Source: a bacterium (GTDB lineage Bacteria; Zhuqueibacterota; Zhuqueibacteria; Oceanimicrobiales; Oceanimicrobiaceae). Taken from it: a DNA stretch of 64,000 bases. Below, piece by piece: positions 62,166 to 64,000 of this stretch; the stretch's first letter is position 1; every line of letters starts with the position of its first letter. The stretch covers positions 64,001 through 128,000 of the forward strand of contig JBHHYI010000001.1 in assembly GCA_046757525.1 (NCBI GenBank), given 5' to 3'. The notes below the pieces were generated by a model. That model saw only the letters and a program-made list of their open reading frames with translations, was not told the origin of the DNA and did no database searches. Position numbers and translations under genes: made by a program.

Positions 62166-63710
62166 TTGAACAACAAACTACTACAACAGATGAAGGCGGC
62201 GCTGGAACGGTTTACTGTTGGGCAGAAAATTGCGCTCGCCGCCATAACCGCTTTGGCGCTTTTCGGCATATTGTTCTTGTTGGTTTGGGCTAACCGGCCT
62301 GAGTTTGGGCTTCTGTATTCGAACCTCGATGCAGCAGATGCTTCGGCCATTGTGGATGACTTAAAGAGCAGCAACATCCCCTATAAACTAAAGGATGGGG
62401 GCAAAACCATTTTGGTTGCAAAGAAAGACATCTACGAATTACGCATCAAATACGCGGGTCAGAAATTAATCTCCAGTGGCACCGTGGGCTATGAGCTCTT
62501 CGACAAAAACAATCTGGGGATGACGGATTTCATGCAGAAAGTAAATCTGAAAAGAGCTATTGAAGGGGAGTTGACCAAGACCATCAACCAAATTGAAGCC
62601 ATTCAACAATCCCGAGTGCACCTGGTAATGCCTGAACCTGCATTGTTTGAAGAGCAAGAACAAAAGGCCACCGCCTCGGTGATCATCAAGCTAAACACCA
62701 ATGCCGGACTCAACCGGAAGCAAATTCTGGGAATCACCCACATGGTCGCCGGCAGTGTTGAAGGACTGACTCCTGACAATGTCACCATCGTGGACACCAA
62801 AGGCAACATCCTGACCAGTTTAGAGGCAGGCGATGATGATGTGGCCTTGACTAACAGCAATTTCGAGTTGAAACAAAAAGTGGAAAAATATATAGGACAA
62901 AAGGCCCAGAGCATGTTGGATCAAGTGTTGGGCAAGGGCAATGCCATCGTCAAGGTCTCGGCAGAGCTTAACTTTCAGAAAGTACGACGAACCTCCGAAA
63001 CCTATGATCCCGACAATACGGCTGTGTTAAGCGAAGAACGCAACGAGGAACGTTCAAGCCGGCAGGACACCACCCAATTTCAGCGCGAGAATGTGATCAC
63101 CAATTACCAGGTCAACAAGACATTGGAAGAAGTCAACGGGAGCGTTGGAGACATCGAAAGGCTTTCTGTGGCGATTTTTGTCAATGGCATCTACCAGGAC
63201 GACCAATACGTCCCCCGTTCTGACGAAGAAATGCAGAAGATCGCTGACATTGTAAAGCCTGCCGTGGGTTTTCGGGCAGACCGAAAGGATCAGATCGTTG
63301 TGCACCAGTTGAATTTTGATCGATCGTTCATCAACCAGGAACAAGAGGCATTGGAAACGCTGTCGAACAAGGAGTTTCGCCTGCAACTGGTGCGCGGCGG
63401 ATTGGTCGCTTTGGGTGGCCTGCTGGTGCTGTTGATGCTGCGTTCTCTGTTCAGGAAATTTGGTGGAGAAGTCATGGCAGGATTTCAGGCACCGCAACTG
63501 CTTGAAGGACCCCGGGAATCCTCGCAACGGCTGCTCGCAGGTGAACATGCCATTGATATTCAAGACGACATCTACTCAAAAAAATTGTCACCGGAGGCTG
63601 CGGCCAAACTCCAGGCGCGGGATAAAGTGACCAAGGATGTGGTCTCTTTTGCGGAACAAGACCCTGAGCGATCGGCCCGCGTCTTGAGGTACTGGTTGCT
63701 GGAGAATTAA
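62166..63710 (+). CDS. fliF: Flagellar M-ring protein FliF
   Basis: N-terminal TM, GYELFD, RAIEGEL..TI, RVHLVMP, RLSVA, GF...R.D, second TM, LRYWL. Confidence 0.96.
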   Translation: MNNKLLQQMKAALERFTVGQKIALAAITALALFGILFLLVWANRPEFGLLYSNLDAADASAIVDDLKSSNIPYKLKDGGKTILVAKKDIYELRIKYAGQKLISSGTVGYELFDKNNLGMTDFMQKVNLKRAIEGELTKTINQIEAIQQSRVHLVMPEPALFEEQEQKATASVIIKLNTNAGLNRKQILGITHMVAGSVEGLTPDNVTIVDTKGNILTSLEAGDDDVALTNSNFELKQKVEKYIGQKAQSMLDQVLGKGNAIVKVSAELNFQKVRRTSETYDPDNTAVLSEERNEERSSRQDTTQFQRENVITNYQVNKTLEEVNGSVGDIERLSVAIFVNGIYQDDQYVPRSDEEMQKIADIVKPAVGFRADRKDQIVVHQLNFDRSFINQEQEALETLSNKEFRLQLVRGGLVALGGLLVLLMLRSLFRKFGGEVMAGFQAPQLLEGPRESSQRLLAGEHAIDIQDDIYSKKLSPEAAAKLQARDKVTKDVVSFAEQDPERSARVLRYWLLEN

Positions 63711-63728
63711 TTTACTGAAGGGTAACAG

Positions 63729-64000
63729 ATGTTCAAAGGTGAAGAAAAACTCAGCGGTGTCAGGAAAGTCGCCATCTTTTTAATTGCTCTGGGTGTTAAC
63801 CATGCCACCCCGTTGTTAAAGAATTTGACCGAAGATGAGCTGGAGACCGTCACCGTGGAAATTGCGAAGCTAAAAAATCTCTCCCCCGAAATCGTGGGTA
63901 GGATTCTCATGGAATATTATGAGCTGATGATGGCTGAGAGATACACAACCCAGGGCGGTTTGGGATTTGCTGAGGATATGCTTAAACAGGCCATTGGTTC
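63729..64000 (+). CDS. fliG: Flagellar motor switch protein FliG (3' truncated by window)
   Basis: MFKGEEKLSGVRKVAIFLIALG...QGGLGFAEDML.QAIG; follows fliF. Confidence 0.93.
   Translation, partial: MFKGEEKLSGVRKVAIFLIALGVNHATPLLKNLTEDELETVTVEIAKLKNLSPEIVGRILMEYYELMMAERYTTQGGLGFAEDMLKQAIG

Overview
Bacterial chromosomal window with moderate GC. Gene content and protein styles suggest an FCB-related lineage such as KSB1/Calditrichota/Ignavibacteria (inference). Most of it is a + strand housekeeping backbone: purL, hutH-hisS, radA-tgt-yajC-def-fmt-rsmB-PASTA-rpe, csp-xerD-mcm-birA-coaX, purM-gpsA-usp-asnS-acyP-apt, rimP-nusA-infB-rbfA-truB-ribF-rpsO-pnp-M16-ald, plus 7 tRNA genes. Accessory parts: (i) a flagellar regulatory cassette at 26.9-32.8 kb (sigma54 activator, FliA/WhiG sigma, RsbW-like protein with degenerate ATP-binding motifs, stand-alone GAF, FlgA-N-like protein, K55-type CsrA, FlgM-like protein) with sigma54 and sigma28 promoter motifs; (ii) the start of a flagellar structural cluster (PAS-less FleS-like kinase, FleR-like activator, flgB, flgC, fliE, fliF, fliG) after tRNA-Pro and a decayed AbiE toxin-antitoxin module; (iii) an AT-rich, eukaryote-like argG-argH pair; (iv) a candidate sigma54-driven small RNA at ~8.8-9.05 kb on the minus strand; (v) palindromic TGTC-tagged repeats carried in different MITE shells, other REP-like repeats and an hsdR relic; (vi) small ORFs missed by the ORF track. 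No CRISPR array or rRNA was seen. All calls come from motif recognition by eye; no searches were run.
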